Virus record (IMG/VR): IMGVR_UViG_3300035698_021037
Location: 1,903 to 65,902 of that record
Length of the DNA: 64,000 nt
DNA from: a virus
Taxonomy: Duplodnaviria; Caudoviricetes
Direction: 5' to 3' (one strand)
Under the pieces are notes generated by a model. That model ran no database searches. It worked only from the letters and a program-made list of their open reading frames with translations, and had not been told where the DNA came from. The translations under genes were made by a program, and so were the position numbers. Shown piece by piece: positions 26,711 through 36,848 of this stretch; the first letter of the stretch is position 1; each line of letters opens with the position of its first letter.

Positions 26711-26739
26711 AGTTTAGCGCCCGGGTTGCTAAGTGTCAA
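26711..26739 (-). promoter_or_regulatory. sigma70-type promoter upstream of the GT9 gene
   Basis: TTGACA-N17-TAAACT, followed by an AGGAGG RBS. Confidence 0.7.
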
Positions 26740-26743
26740 GAGT

Positions 26744-27463
26744 CTAAGCATCAAACATACGACGGAATTCCACGCGAGGAAAGGCCTTTAACTTTCCACC
26801 TATTCCGCCGTTTAAGATAACGATGCCATGATCTTCGCTGTACTTACGCACTATCTCATAAGATCGAAGCGCCTGAGACATAAACTTAGACTGTGATCGA
26901 AGACGTTTAGCGGACACTTTTGGTAGATCATAGGCGTGTGCATCTCCCGCAGGGCATGTACAGTCGCACCCAAGCAGGACAATAGGGTTACATCCAAGAT
27001 ACATGGCAAGGGGTATGGCGATATCAATAACTACGGTACCGGAGAGCATAACATCTCGAACAACGTCCAAATTATGATTAAATGCTCCGGCAATCCTCCG
27101 GCCAAATCGGACGATTTTAAGAAGATTCTTTGCTGTATAGCCGAACGTCTTATATGCTCCCTCTCCAAGTACAACGTGAGTATCTATAGATGATAATATC
27201 TTGTATATGTCTTTCGCCGGAGCGGCGGCGTCTAGGGCGCAGTGATAGGGGCAGATAAATCCGTGAGGCGCAGTAATCAAGTAGGCTCGATTGACACCAA
27301 TCGTGACCTCTGACTGTAAAGGAGTCAAATCCATAAATCTCAAGGAGGGACCAGAGCCTATAATGAAACAGCGAGATCCCTTATGGGAATCTTTTATCCA
27401 TGCATGCTTAGGCGAAGCGCGATCGCCAGCCGCTTCTTGAATTCTTTGTATAAGGTTACTCAA
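26744..27463 (-). CDS. DUF115/Maf (MptE-like) family protein
   Basis: CFIIGSGPSL, IGVN, TV...AI.LA.YLGCNPIVLLGCD, LN...GG.L..FPRV. Confidence 0.8.
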   Translation of the reverse strand: MSNLIQRIQEAAGDRASPKHAWIKDSHKGSRCFIIGSGPSLRFMDLTPLQSEVTIGVNRAYLITAPHGFICPYHCALDAAAPAKDIYKILSSIDTHVVLGEGAYKTFGYTAKNLLKIVRFGRRIAGAFNHNLDVVRDVMLSGTVVIDIAIPLAMYLGCNPIVLLGCDCTCPAGDAHAYDLPKVSAKRLRSQSKFMSQALRSYEIVRKYSEDHGIVILNGGIGGKLKAFPRVEFRRMFDA

Positions 27464-28103
27464 GATTTGGTATCGAATTAAAAAGAACTCGTGGATAAGC
27501 GTTCAATAGACCACCAGGGCCCGCATTGAGTACAATCTTTCCTTTAGCCTGTGAACAGCGACGAACAACTTTATGCGCTCTTATCAACTGCATCTGTAAT
27601 GTTTTAGTCATTACCGCTTTTGGTTGTCCGGCATAACCCGAGCGATCGCAATCGCAACCAAGGAGATAAACGGGGTTACACCCCATGTAAAACGCTGAAG
27701 AAATCGCTAAGTCTATGATTACAGAACCGGATAAAGATTTATAAGGTACTTCATCAATGTTCCAGTGAAACACGTCATTCCACTTAGACCGATTTCTAAA
27801 GTATTGAACAACTTTAACTAGATTCGGATGTGAATATCCGTGTCGAGCATACACTATTCCGGATAAAACAATACCTGTATCTTTCAACTTTGGATACTCT
27901 TCAGCAAGCCGATGTTTGCAAGAAGCGGTAGGATCTCCGGCACAAACTAGCGTAGGCGTTACTCCGAATAGTTCTAAAACATGAAATCCGCTGTCGGCTG
28001 CAATTACAATTTCATTTTTGAGTTTGGACAGATCGACGCGTAATAACGAAGGACCGTTACCACAAACAAAAGCTCTTTGATTTAAATGGCTATCCCTTTC
28101 CAT
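27456..28103 (-). CDS. second DUF115/Maf-like paralog
   Basis: AFVCGNGPSL, SV...AI..AFYMGCNPVYLLGCD; start at ATG 28103, overlapping the upstream stop. Confidence 0.78.
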   Translation of the reverse strand: MERDSHLNQRAFVCGNGPSLLRVDLSKLKNEIVIAADSGFHVLELFGVTPTLVCAGDPTASCKHRLAEEYPKLKDTGIVLSGIVYARHGYSHPNLVKVVQYFRNRSKWNDVFHWNIDEVPYKSLSGSVIIDLAISSAFYMGCNPVYLLGCDCDRSGYAGQPKAVMTKTLQMQLIRAHKVVRRCSQAKGKIVLNAGPGGLLNAYPRVLFNSIPNLE

Positions 28104-30264
28104 CTTTAGTAACTCCTTGCTTGATGGGATTCCAACCAAGATTAAGGAATGCGGGTAACGTCTTCGTATACAAAATATTTCTTCTGCCGGGCTTAAGAGC
28201 CAATGAAGAACCAGGAGACGTATCCTTCAAAAATTTCAATCCGGGGCCTTTTCCTCTTACAACGGCTGGACGTCCACAGGCGCATTTCTCCATTGCCAAA
28301 CATACTGTCACGTCGTCCATAGTATGATCGCCAAACAAATCGTGAGCTGTGTCCCAGTAGTTAACCTTACCAATAGTTTCTTGTATGGCAGCGCGCGGGG
28401 CCATCATTCCACAAGGAGATACCATGTCTACATACATCGCGCGGTGCTCATTCAGCGTATGACTATGAAACTCCTTTCGCGTACGATAATGGTTGAAAGG
28501 ATAATTGAACGCCCATCCCCAAAGTCCTAAGACATTATTTGGGAATACTCTACTGGTTTCCAGTAATGCGCTAATACCATCATCTGTGATAACGCACTCG
28601 TCGTCACAATACATGACATAAGGAGTTCGCACCATTCCAGCTAGGGCAAATCGTTGCCACAGCCCGAAGTTGATAGAGCATTGGAAGGATACCTCTGTAT
28701 GCGCTGGTACCGCCGCGTTTTCATTACACCATACCCAGATATGCTTGAAGCCGCGATTGTAAAAGGAATCGACAACCTGCTGAATCGTTTGGCGTTTCCA
28801 TGACAGAATGAAAACCGTAACGTCATCCTTCGGTGTCGACAAAACTTCAGATTTTGCTGAAACAGCCTGGAGTGTAGGTGTAGAAATTTCCAAAACCTTA
28901 TTCTCCTCTTCCATCTCTTTTTCTTTTTCAAGCATATCTGGGTGCGTAAGGCTAAACATCCGACGGACACTAGCAGCGTCTGTACACTCTTGGATAGTTA
29001 ATTGTCTACTATGCATAAAAGCAAAGAACTTACGCGCGCGGTGTATATCGATATTATTAGGGTTGACTACCGATGCGCGAATTGTACTACATTCATTGAC
29101 CACCTTGTTTCCGGTAAACCAGCCTTTACCAAGAGTGAATATTGGAGTACCTAACATCTGCGCTGTAAAAATCGTCGTGGAATTTATAGCTATCATCCTG
29201 CTACAATTTTCCAACAGGTAAGAGAGAACCGATGTGTTCTGATTACCCATTGAAAGGTTCTTTACCACGCAATGATGCTCTCCGCAATCGGGTACACCTT
29301 CCAGTGCACGATCAAATGGGTGGGGCTTGATAACCACAAACTTACCCGCTAATCTCATCTCATTGATAATATCTCGAGCTACTCGGCTTTGATCTCGGCG
29401 GGCTGCAGGGGCATCTCGAAGCAGAACTTGGTCACCTGTTCTTTGTAGAATCAGAAGATCAAATTGTTTAGGTAGCTTGTTCAGGTTGGCTATATCCAGA
29501 TAGGATTTACCTTTTTCCGCATCAGCATGTACGCCATCTTCCATACCTGTGATATATTTCTCAGACTCTTCGGCGGCCGCTTTTTGCAAAGGGTTGTTCA
29601 TCAGCACGTCGAAGTTACCAGGCACAGAGGAATCCGCATTGTCCCCTACGGTATCAAAGATTGAGGAAGTGTAATGATCCCACACACCGAAATCCATGAT
29701 CAGCTTTCGAATGCCCTTCTCTTGAATAATCTTATCAACCTCTTTACACCAACCCAGTTTGTATAGGCGCTGCCAGGTGATAATAAGATCGAAGTGTTCC
29801 TTCTGAAGTCTTTGGATTGCCTCATCTTTCCATTGTCCCTCGCCCCGACGAAGTACAGATACGTCAAAATTCATACTATCCAATGTCTTGATAATATTAC
29901 GAACAGCGCCTTTGTCTCCCCAAGGCATGACAAGAATACGACGTCCGCCAGCGTAGGGCTTTCTTGCTGTAGAGGTACAAAATGGACATGCTTCACAGCG
30001 AATACCCCAAGCTTCACCATCTTTCATACCTGGTTGTGCGCATTCGTAGAGTACTTCACGCCGTATTTTACCTCCGCAGCAGGTATGATCTTTATGACTT
30101 TTTTCAGCCCCACGATAGCTACAAGGAGGAAGGATCCTGATTTTAACCTTATTCCCCAAATCCTTAAACTTCGGCCCTTCTCTTATAGCTTCTCGTTTTT
30201 CAAAGTCTTTTTTGGCGATTCGCATACGATCTAAGAATGTCTTTCCTTCGTTTTCCGGCGCCAT
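28090..30264 (-). CDS. multidomain glycosyltransferase (Cys-rich N-terminus + KpsS/KpsC-like + GT-A domain)
   Basis: D..G.NADSS, LQ..GD, KPHP, INST..FTA..LG.P..TLG capsule-synthesis-type motifs; C-terminal YCDDE and MDD motifs. Confidence 0.7.
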   Translation of the reverse strand: MAPENEGKTFLDRMRIAKKDFEKREAIREGPKFKDLGNKVKIRILPPCSYRGAEKSHKDHTCCGGKIRREVLYECAQPGMKDGEAWGIRCEACPFCTSTARKPYAGGRRILVMPWGDKGAVRNIIKTLDSMNFDVSVLRRGEGQWKDEAIQRLQKEHFDLIITWQRLYKLGWCKEVDKIIQEKGIRKLIMDFGVWDHYTSSIFDTVGDNADSSVPGNFDVLMNNPLQKAAAEESEKYITGMEDGVHADAEKGKSYLDIANLNKLPKQFDLLILQRTGDQVLLRDAPAARRDQSRVARDIINEMRLAGKFVVIKPHPFDRALEGVPDCGEHHCVVKNLSMGNQNTSVLSYLLENCSRMIAINSTTIFTAQMLGTPIFTLGKGWFTGNKVVNECSTIRASVVNPNNIDIHRARKFFAFMHSRQLTIQECTDAASVRRMFSLTHPDMLEKEKEMEEENKVLEISTPTLQAVSAKSEVLSTPKDDVTVFILSWKRQTIQQVVDSFYNRGFKHIWVWCNENAAVPAHTEVSFQCSINFGLWQRFALAGMVRTPYVMYCDDECVITDDGISALLETSRVFPNNVLGLWGWAFNYPFNHYRTRKEFHSHTLNEHRAMYVDMVSPCGMMAPRAAIQETIGKVNYWDTAHDLFGDHTMDDVTVCLAMEKCACGRPAVVRGKGPGLKFLKDTSPGSSLALKPGRRNILYTKTLPAFLNLGWNPIKQGVTKDGKG

Positions 30265-30321
30265 CGATTTCTCCTTGTTTTATGCCTCGTCGCAGCATAA
30301 AGCATAACTCTTTTAGTTGTG

Positions 30322-30768
30322 TCAGGTCAGCTCTGGTAGCTCCTCTTTTGCCACAGCTACTCCAAGATCACAATCCATACCGTTTTTAACAGCCGCTACT
30401 AAGAATTCACCGGCAGTAACAGCGTTGCTATACCTCTTCAGGTTACGAACACGATAAGAAGTCAAAGCTTTTATTCTTTCATTCGAAATGCTTTTCCAGC
30501 CAACAGCGATTAGCGCCGCTAAATTTCGCTGTATCAAAGCCTTTACCACGGGACATTTTTCTGTGAATCTATTTTCGTCTTCCGCACATTTCAAACAGGT
30601 ATCGCTTGAAACGAATACTTTTCCAGCACAGGCTATATTCGACAACTTGCAGGTAACTATGTTTTCTGGAGTCATTTCTAGGTTAGGACATCCTAAAGCT
30701 TTTGCCTTCTCTGTAGTTTCCAAGATTTTCCTGCGTGTCTCTTCAAGACTCAGCCGTCGCTTTGTCAT
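30322..30768 (-). CDS. Cys-rich hypothetical protein
   Basis: 148 aa with 7 Cys. Confidence 0.55.
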   Translation of the reverse strand: MTKRRLSLEETRRKILETTEKAKALGCPNLEMTPENIVTCKLSNIACAGKVFVSSDTCLKCAEDENRFTEKCPVVKALIQRNLAALIAVGWKSISNERIKALTSYRVRNLKRYSNAVTAGEFLVAAVKNGMDCDLGVAVAKEELPELT

Positions 30769-30801
30769 CGAATTTTACCTTCATTTTCAAGAATACTTGG
30801 T

Positions 30802-32373
30802 TTACGAGTCCGTACAACCTGCAGTACATAATCCTTCTGACGTAAAGGGACCGCTATGGATGCCATATTTCCAACACATATTAAACTCTTCGTCACACGC
30901 GCAAGGTTTTACGTAGTCGCTGTAATTTTCAGGGGTAAGTAGTACACATTCGAGACCGATCCACTCACCCTCACCCTCACAGTTTGTAGAATCAAAAAAC
31001 TCTTCAATTCCAACGCAATACCATCCGTATTCAAAGCTTGTGCCTGGACTCGCACTTGGACTCGCACTTGGACTTGCACTTGGACTTGGACTTTTACTTG
31101 GGCTATGGATATGACTTTTACTCGGACTCTCGCTTGGACTAGAGATATGACTTGTACTTGGACTCGTACTTGGACTCTGGACAGTACTTAGGCTAGGACT
31201 GGGGCTTAAACAATCCTCACTAATCAATGTCCATATCATATAGCATTTACTACCGTAATGCTCAAGATTAAGCTGATAGGAACATCCATCATCTTTATCA
31301 ATATCAGAGCACTCGGGACCTAGACCTTCGTTACAGTTTCTTGTCCACTTACCCGTACCATTATAATATAAAGTCCAAATAAATTCGGCGTTTACCTCAT
31401 TACAATCCTCCTCTGAAAGTGAAGAGATATTTGTAAGCTCCTCCCAACAGCATATTCCAGGCGCTGCGCTAGGCAATGAGAAGCTTGGCGTATCCAAACC
31501 AGGAGACGAGCCAGCAGGGCTAGAACTTTCAGGACTAACGCTCGCCGAACTTGGTGTAGCCGGGCTTGGAGTGCCGGGGCCGGGCGTAAGACTCACGCCT
31601 GGACTTGATATTATTGGACTAGGAGGTACAGGAGATACCACGGGACTAGGCACCGCAGGGCTAGGCACAGAGATTATAGGACTTGGTACCGAGATTACGG
31701 GACTCGGTATTGAGATTCCAGGACTTGGTACCGAGATTACAGGACTTGGTACCGAGATTACAGGACTTGGTACCGAGATTACGGGACTCGGTATTGAGAT
31801 TCCAGGACTTGGTACCGAGATTACAGGACTTGGTACCGAGATTACAGGACTCTTAACCGCAGGGCTAGAGATATCCGGGCTATCGATCGCAGGCGTAGTA
31901 GTAATGAAACACGCCTCTTCCCACTCTAAGGTAAACATCACCTGTGAACGACAACTTTGATTATCCGAACCATCTACGACAGAAAGTTTTTTCAGAGTAT
32001 GGCTACAGCTTGGACGCTCCGGGTTGATAATAAGAACTCGAGTTACAGGTATCTTCAGGTCGAACTTTATTGTAGGCTCACACCATCCTGTTTCTGGATC
32101 CGGAGTGACCGAGACATCAAGCTGCGGATCACACGCTATCATAGATGAAGAGTATTCAAATGGAACCGACCATGTAGCCGTTGTCGATCCAATTCTCATT
32201 TCGTAGCATCCGAAAAGAAAATCCGGAGGCTCTGGAATAGGAAAATCGAAGAACTCACCTTCCCAAATTGGTTCGGGGGGAGCTTCAACGAAACAGCTGG
32301 ATAACAAGTTCCCCTCAATTGCAGGGATGCTTGGCATCGAACAACCGGATCTAGATGAAAAGGCTTCCGTCAT
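30802..32373 (-). CDS. mucin-like Ser/Pro-rich protein with Cys-rich domains, probably virion-associated
   Basis: SPVISVP-type unit x9 and SPSx repeats separating small Cys-rich domains; last gene of the structural run. Confidence 0.65.
   Translation of the reverse strand: MTEAFSSRSGCSMPSIPAIEGNLLSSCFVEAPPEPIWEGEFFDFPIPEPPDFLFGCYEMRIGSTTATWSVPFEYSSSMIACDPQLDVSVTPDPETGWCEPTIKFDLKIPVTRVLIINPERPSCSHTLKKLSVVDGSDNQSCRSQVMFTLEWEEACFITTTPAIDSPDISSPAVKSPVISVPSPVISVPSPGISIPSPVISVPSPVISVPSPVISVPSPGISIPSPVISVPSPIISVPSPAVPSPVVSPVPPSPIISSPGVSLTPGPGTPSPATPSSASVSPESSSPAGSSPGLDTPSFSLPSAAPGICCWEELTNISSLSEEDCNEVNAEFIWTLYYNGTGKWTRNCNEGLGPECSDIDKDDGCSYQLNLEHYGSKCYMIWTLISEDCLSPSPSLSTVQSPSTSPSTSHISSPSESPSKSHIHSPSKSPSPSASPSASPSASPGTSFEYGWYCVGIEEFFDSTNCEGEGEWIGLECVLLTPENYSDYVKPCACDEEFNMCWKYGIHSGPFTSEGLCTAGCTDS
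31044..31205. repeat. coding 12-bp degenerate tandem repeat (SPSx)
   Basis: GGACTCGCACTT-like units. Confidence 0.75.
31659..31851. repeat. coding 21-bp tandem repeat (about 9 units)
   Basis: GGACTTGGTACCGAGATTACA units with no spacers; variant unit SPGISIP recurs 84 bp apart. Confidence 0.9.
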
Positions 32374-32390
32374 GATCTATCTCATCTCGA

Positions 32391-33932
32391 TTACGACGTA
32401 CACAGGTTCGTTTCTAGCTGAACAGTTAGTAGGTATCCAGAGCTGTCTGGAACGATCCTGACACCTCTACTTCCTGTAAGGCTGAAAGCTGTAGATTCAA
32501 TTCCTACGCCGTTGATATCTGTAATGAAACCGTCACAGGCTTCGCACGCCTGTCCGCTAGAAAGCCCATATTCGTCAATAACAATATCCTTACAGGTCTC
32601 TCCACGCCCATAGCCAAGATTCGCATTGATCTCAACCGAGTTATCAGCATCGCTTATGATTAGCTCGCAATTGTAACCCTCGCGAAGAATTACATGATCT
32701 TTTATGTTACGTGTTTGAAAAAACGTGGTTTCTTCTCCGGCATAAGAACTACTGCTGCCGCATAAAACCGGACATCTTCTTGCGTCATTGGCAAGCGTAA
32801 TTCCTGTTACGTAGCTACTTGCCAACGTTTGAATACACGCTGGTTCAACCTCAGAAAACATGTAATAGTATTCGCCATCCGCGAGCGCCGCATACTCTGA
32901 AAGATCGCCTGTCACAAGAAACGCTCGTCCCATAAGGTTGGTAGAGACAGTAACAGACGATACACTGCTTGACGAAGAGCTGCGACTTTCACTACTGGAC
33001 GAAGAACCTAATGGCAAGGAACTCTCTGAAGATGAAGATGAAAAAGAAACAGAACTCATTGAATCGCTACTACTTGATGAGCTCATACTATTGGAGCTTG
33101 AGCTTGAACTAGATAAAGAGGAAGAAGATACTCCAACCCATTCAGCGTCTACGTACTGGGTTTCGCCAAAACAGACGTCTGATAAATCCCGAGTAAACGT
33201 GAACTCCCACTCTAAAAATCCTGGAGCGTTGGATCTAAAATCAAATTCCAGGCTATTTCCAGCTTTCACAACTCTGTTGAGATACACAGTGTGTAAGGAG
33301 ACATCGAATTCAGAATCAATTCCCATGATGAAGCCGGCGTCGACAATACCTCGACCATCAAACGGGAAGGACTGTTCAATGTCAGACGCGTGCTTTGCTT
33401 CAATGTACACCGCGAATATTTTTGTTTTCGCGGCCCCAGTAACAGACATATTGGCGAAATAGTATCGTATTGCGTTGAAATCAGCTACAGATATTTCTTT
33501 GTTGACTGTAAGTCTATGCCACTGCGCAACACCATCTCCGACTATATCCAGGTCATGATTCGTGAAGTCAGATTCCTGCGCACGTATGCGTGTTGTATTA
33601 CCTAGGGGTACCAAGGAGTAAACATAAACAGTGAACCCTATCACAGGCTTTGTGATGTCTTCAGCTGTGAAAGTAACGATTGACGGAACTGAGTTGGACC
33701 AAACATAATCTGAAATGTTCGGAATTGACGGGTACCTCGTTGTATCGTCGATACAGCCCCAGGGCGATAGCGCCGGCGGATAAGCGTTCCATCCCAGGCT
33801 AAATACTAAAGTGTCTGGCGCTACGTCTGTATGCTCTCCTACCCACGCAGCAGACGACGAGCTTGACGATCCCCGAGTTACAAAGGGATAGTCAATATGA
33901 TCATTCCAGTTGTACCAATCCATACCTGGCAT
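32391..33932 (-). CDS. putative baseplate/fibre-associated protein with poly-Ser inserts
   Basis: W.N.N...YPF start, INGV motif, Ser tract of about 60 aa. Confidence 0.55.
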   Translation of the reverse strand: MPGMDWYNWNDHIDYPFVTRGSSSSSSAAWVGEHTDVAPDTLVFSLGWNAYPPALSPWGCIDDTTRYPSIPNISDYVWSNSVPSIVTFTAEDITKPVIGFTVYVYSLVPLGNTTRIRAQESDFTNHDLDIVGDGVAQWHRLTVNKEISVADFNAIRYYFANMSVTGAAKTKIFAVYIEAKHASDIEQSFPFDGRGIVDAGFIMGIDSEFDVSLHTVYLNRVVKAGNSLEFDFRSNAPGFLEWEFTFTRDLSDVCFGETQYVDAEWVGVSSSSLSSSSSSSNSMSSSSSSDSMSSVSFSSSSSESSLPLGSSSSSESRSSSSSSVSSVTVSTNLMGRAFLVTGDLSEYAALADGEYYYMFSEVEPACIQTLASSYVTGITLANDARRCPVLCGSSSSYAGEETTFFQTRNIKDHVILREGYNCELIISDADNSVEINANLGYGRGETCKDIVIDEYGLSSGQACEACDGFITDINGVGIESTAFSLTGSRGVRIVPDSSGYLLTVQLETNLCTS

Positions 33933-34681
33933 TAGATATCTTTCTGTCCAACAAAGCTGATCTGCAGACCGTCAGTTGTCGGTATAAGCCTTAAGACCGT
34001 ATCGCTGGCTAAGTTATCACCCGCCGTAATTGTGAATCTACCATCAATAGCTTTGATACCGTTAATTGTTCGCAACCCTTGAACACAACCACGTTCTTTT
34101 TCTTCTTCCTCACACAGCTTCCGTAAGTAATAGGGATCACCAACAATATCGAAGCGTATTGTTCCTTCATCCTCTCGTAATACAATACCATCATGGCCAA
34201 CAAGAATCACCTCTCCTGTAAATACCGTCCCATCGGCGAGCACAATACTTTTTACACCCGCAGCAGGTTGTGGCGTGACTATAGAAGCGGCAAATTCTGT
34301 TTGAGCCTGTTCAAATTCATGAATACCAGGGATCCAGTTGATTAACGTCTGGAGTTTTTCCCACGTAGAAACAAGCACGCCGGCCGGCCGGGAATAAGTA
34401 TCAACGAGCCGTATAAGATCAATCTCATAATTGAATTCAAAAGAGCCTGTCGCAATCTCTCCAGTACCGTCAGAGATAGTGATTTCCACGTTATCGTCGA
34501 TCGTTACACGAGATAGAAATTGCCTGTAGCTACCCCCAATAGGGTAGATTCGCGCGTCAATAAATAGGTCTGTAGGAACAGTATCGCCTTCTGTATTAAT
34601 CAACGTAGCCGCATCCGTAAAAGGATACTTGATATACTCCGTCGAGTCTCTCCATTCCTGAAATAGATGTGCGCGAGCCAT
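33932..34681 (-). CDS. putative baseplate-associated paralog
   Basis: EW...YPF start and TINGI motif. Confidence 0.55.
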   Translation of the reverse strand: MARAHLFQEWRDSTEYIKYPFTDAATLINTEGDTVPTDLFIDARIYPIGGSYRQFLSRVTIDDNVEITISDGTGEIATGSFEFNYEIDLIRLVDTYSRPAGVLVSTWEKLQTLINWIPGIHEFEQAQTEFAASIVTPQPAAGVKSIVLADGTVFTGEVILVGHDGIVLREDEGTIRFDIVGDPYYLRKLCEEEEKERGCVQGLRTINGIKAIDGRFTITAGDNLASDTVLRLIPTTDGLQISFVGQKDI

Positions 34682-34682
34682 C

Positions 34683-36845
34683 TTAGGTGTCCTCCAAATA
34701 CATGCAGTTAAAACTCAACTTACCGCCGCCGCCCGGATCTTCAACAAACTTAATTTTCATACCTCCGTTGTGAATGTAATTTGCTCCGCCACCTAGAGTA
34801 ATCACAACAATTTGATCGGAAAAAGCTATTGGTAAATCCGTTGTTTCTGCGGTAACGTCTTCCCACAACAGCGTCGTATAGTTGTACAGTTTAAGCTTTA
34901 CGTTATGCCCAATTGGAGCGATGAATAGATATTTAATGCTGATATCTTTACTATCCAAGTCAGGCAGATTATCGAATTCAAATTCCCAATCTATACCTGG
35001 TGACCCGATTACTTCAAATGTAGACGCATACTTCGCGTTATCGCAGTTATACAAATTAGCAATGCGGTTGTCACCGGTTTGAGCTCCCGTATTCACTACA
35101 TAACTCTTAGGCCACATCCATTTGATATCTTCACTAGATTCAGAAGAATCGCTACTGCTGCTATCGCTGCTGTCACTATCGGATGAGCTAAATGAACTGC
35201 TGGAGGAAGAGCTACTGGAGTAAGAACTACTACTTGACGGCATCGGGTCCTGACAGCCCCAGCCAATGTTATCGAATTCTGTATAGCTATCTACAGTACC
35301 AATACCGAGCAACCCAGGAAGAGCGTCATCTGATAGATTTATTGTGGCGTAAAGAGTATCGAGCGCAGGGTAGTTGTAGACTTGTAATGTAATCTCTGTC
35401 GTTGTTGTTTGTGTAAGAGAAATCTGAATATAATAATCCGTGTCTGGCGCGAAGGATCCTAGAGCAACGTTTGCCGTACGCTCGAATCTAAATCCATAAC
35501 CTAACCCGTTTTCTCCGCCAGAACCTATCTCACTACTTCTATGTCCGATGAATACCTGCTGCATATAGTTTGACCCGTCGTACACTTGTTTCAGCGATAT
35601 TCCAGCGAACCAGAAATCTGTATCTCCTTTAAAGCTAAAGATGAGAAATCCATTACCATCCGAATCATGGGTATTTATCACACCCTCTAAAATGTGAGTC
35701 CCTGATTTAGGGGCGCTTGCCGAGTGATAAAGACTGAATTGTGGGCCGGCAAAGGATTCACCGGATAGGCGCCGCGAACGCGCTAAGGTCCAATCACCTG
35801 TATTTTGGTCCCAATGCCACGGGATATTTGGAGGATCCCAATCCTCACAAATAAACTGAGCCGACCAGGATGAACTACTAGAGCTGTAGTCAGAGCTACT
35901 AAATGATGCAGACGACAAAGAAGAACTACTGCTACAGCTTTTAGAAGAATAAGACCCTTCGCATACGTCTGAAGGCGCATAGGGCATCTGAAGAAAATCG
36001 TCAATAAGATTAGTTTTGTCACAAACGTCAATGAGCCCTAACGGGTAATCCAGAATAATTCCACCACCGCCAACGATAGGAGCTACGCGTAATGGGTCAG
36101 GAAAATCAATCGCTAGTTCTCCATTTTCGTTGGGGATTACACCATTGATGTTCAAAAAAGGTTGCCGCGCACAGCTGTAACTATCCAAGCGACCGCCACA
36201 ATCTCCAGCGTATGTCCGTAGCGTATCCTTAGGATTATCCTCCAGATCAAGACCAACAAGAATGACGTCATGCAAAACACCGTCTATTAATCTTGAGCCG
36301 GATTCTACAAGTACAAGATCCTCTGTGCCTAACAGCGTTATTGAATTCTCGAGTTGATTAGTACCCTGTTCCTTCGTCAACGAGAGAACGGGCGGTAGAG
36401 TGTATGAACGGGCTACGCGAGGCAATAACATCGAAGCGTCCGGCGTATCAAAGCGTAAAGAAAACGCATCATTTTCATCAATACCGGAACCAAACGCTAC
36501 CCAACCGGCGACTCCGTCAGCCAAGGCTTCAATCGCATAGTTACGCCATTTCGTTGGGTTGACGACGGTAATAGCTGCGATAGGGCGAAATATTCCAGAT
36601 GATGCGCCACCGCAGAAAGGATGTTCATTTAGAGCCAAGAAAGTGACGGACACAACTGTAGATGAAACGACAACGGATGAGACGTATAAGTAACGCCCAA
36701 GGCTATCTGGAAAAGAGATATTGCAATCTACGATAATATCATTCGGCAGGAACACGCCGCCATGCCCCGCTAGTGACGCGTTGTCATCAAAGGGATAATT
36801 CCTATTTTCATTTTTATTGTGCCACTCTTGCCGAATAATCGCCAC
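34683..36845 (-). CDS. putative baseplate/fibre protein with beta-rich domains between poly-Ser tracts
   Basis: EWHNKNENRNYPF, INGVIP and two Ser tracts. Confidence 0.55.
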   Translation of the reverse strand: MAIIRQEWHNKNENRNYPFDDNASLAGHGGVFLPNDIIVDCNISFPDSLGRYLYVSSVVVSSTVVSVTFLALNEHPFCGGASSGIFRPIAAITVVNPTKWRNYAIEALADGVAGWVAFGSGIDENDAFSLRFDTPDASMLLPRVARSYTLPPVLSLTKEQGTNQLENSITLLGTEDLVLVESGSRLIDGVLHDVILVGLDLEDNPKDTLRTYAGDCGGRLDSYSCARQPFLNINGVIPNENGELAIDFPDPLRVAPIVGGGGIILDYPLGLIDVCDKTNLIDDFLQMPYAPSDVCEGSYSSKSCSSSSSLSSASFSSSDYSSSSSSWSAQFICEDWDPPNIPWHWDQNTGDWTLARSRRLSGESFAGPQFSLYHSASAPKSGTHILEGVINTHDSDGNGFLIFSFKGDTDFWFAGISLKQVYDGSNYMQQVFIGHRSSEIGSGGENGLGYGFRFERTANVALGSFAPDTDYYIQISLTQTTTTEITLQVYNYPALDTLYATINLSDDALPGLLGIGTVDSYTEFDNIGWGCQDPMPSSSSSYSSSSSSSSSFSSSDSDSSDSSSSDSSESSEDIKWMWPKSYVVNTGAQTGDNRIANLYNCDNAKYASTFEVIGSPGIDWEFEFDNLPDLDSKDISIKYLFIAPIGHNVKLKLYNYTTLLWEDVTAETTDLPIAFSDQIVVITLGGGANYIHNGGMKIKFVEDPGGGGKLSFNCMYLEDT

Positions 36846-36848
36846 GGT

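Noticed and set aside
31659-31851. 21-bp repeats as a CRISPR array or guide array for the RAMP protein
   Set aside because: The units are contiguous with no unique spacers and are in frame within a Ser/Pro-rich CDS.
32938-33462. Plus-strand Glu/Leu-rich ORFs (also 31571-31960 and 60085-60375)
   Set aside because: They are the reverse-complement reading of Ser-rich tracts in real minus-strand genes.
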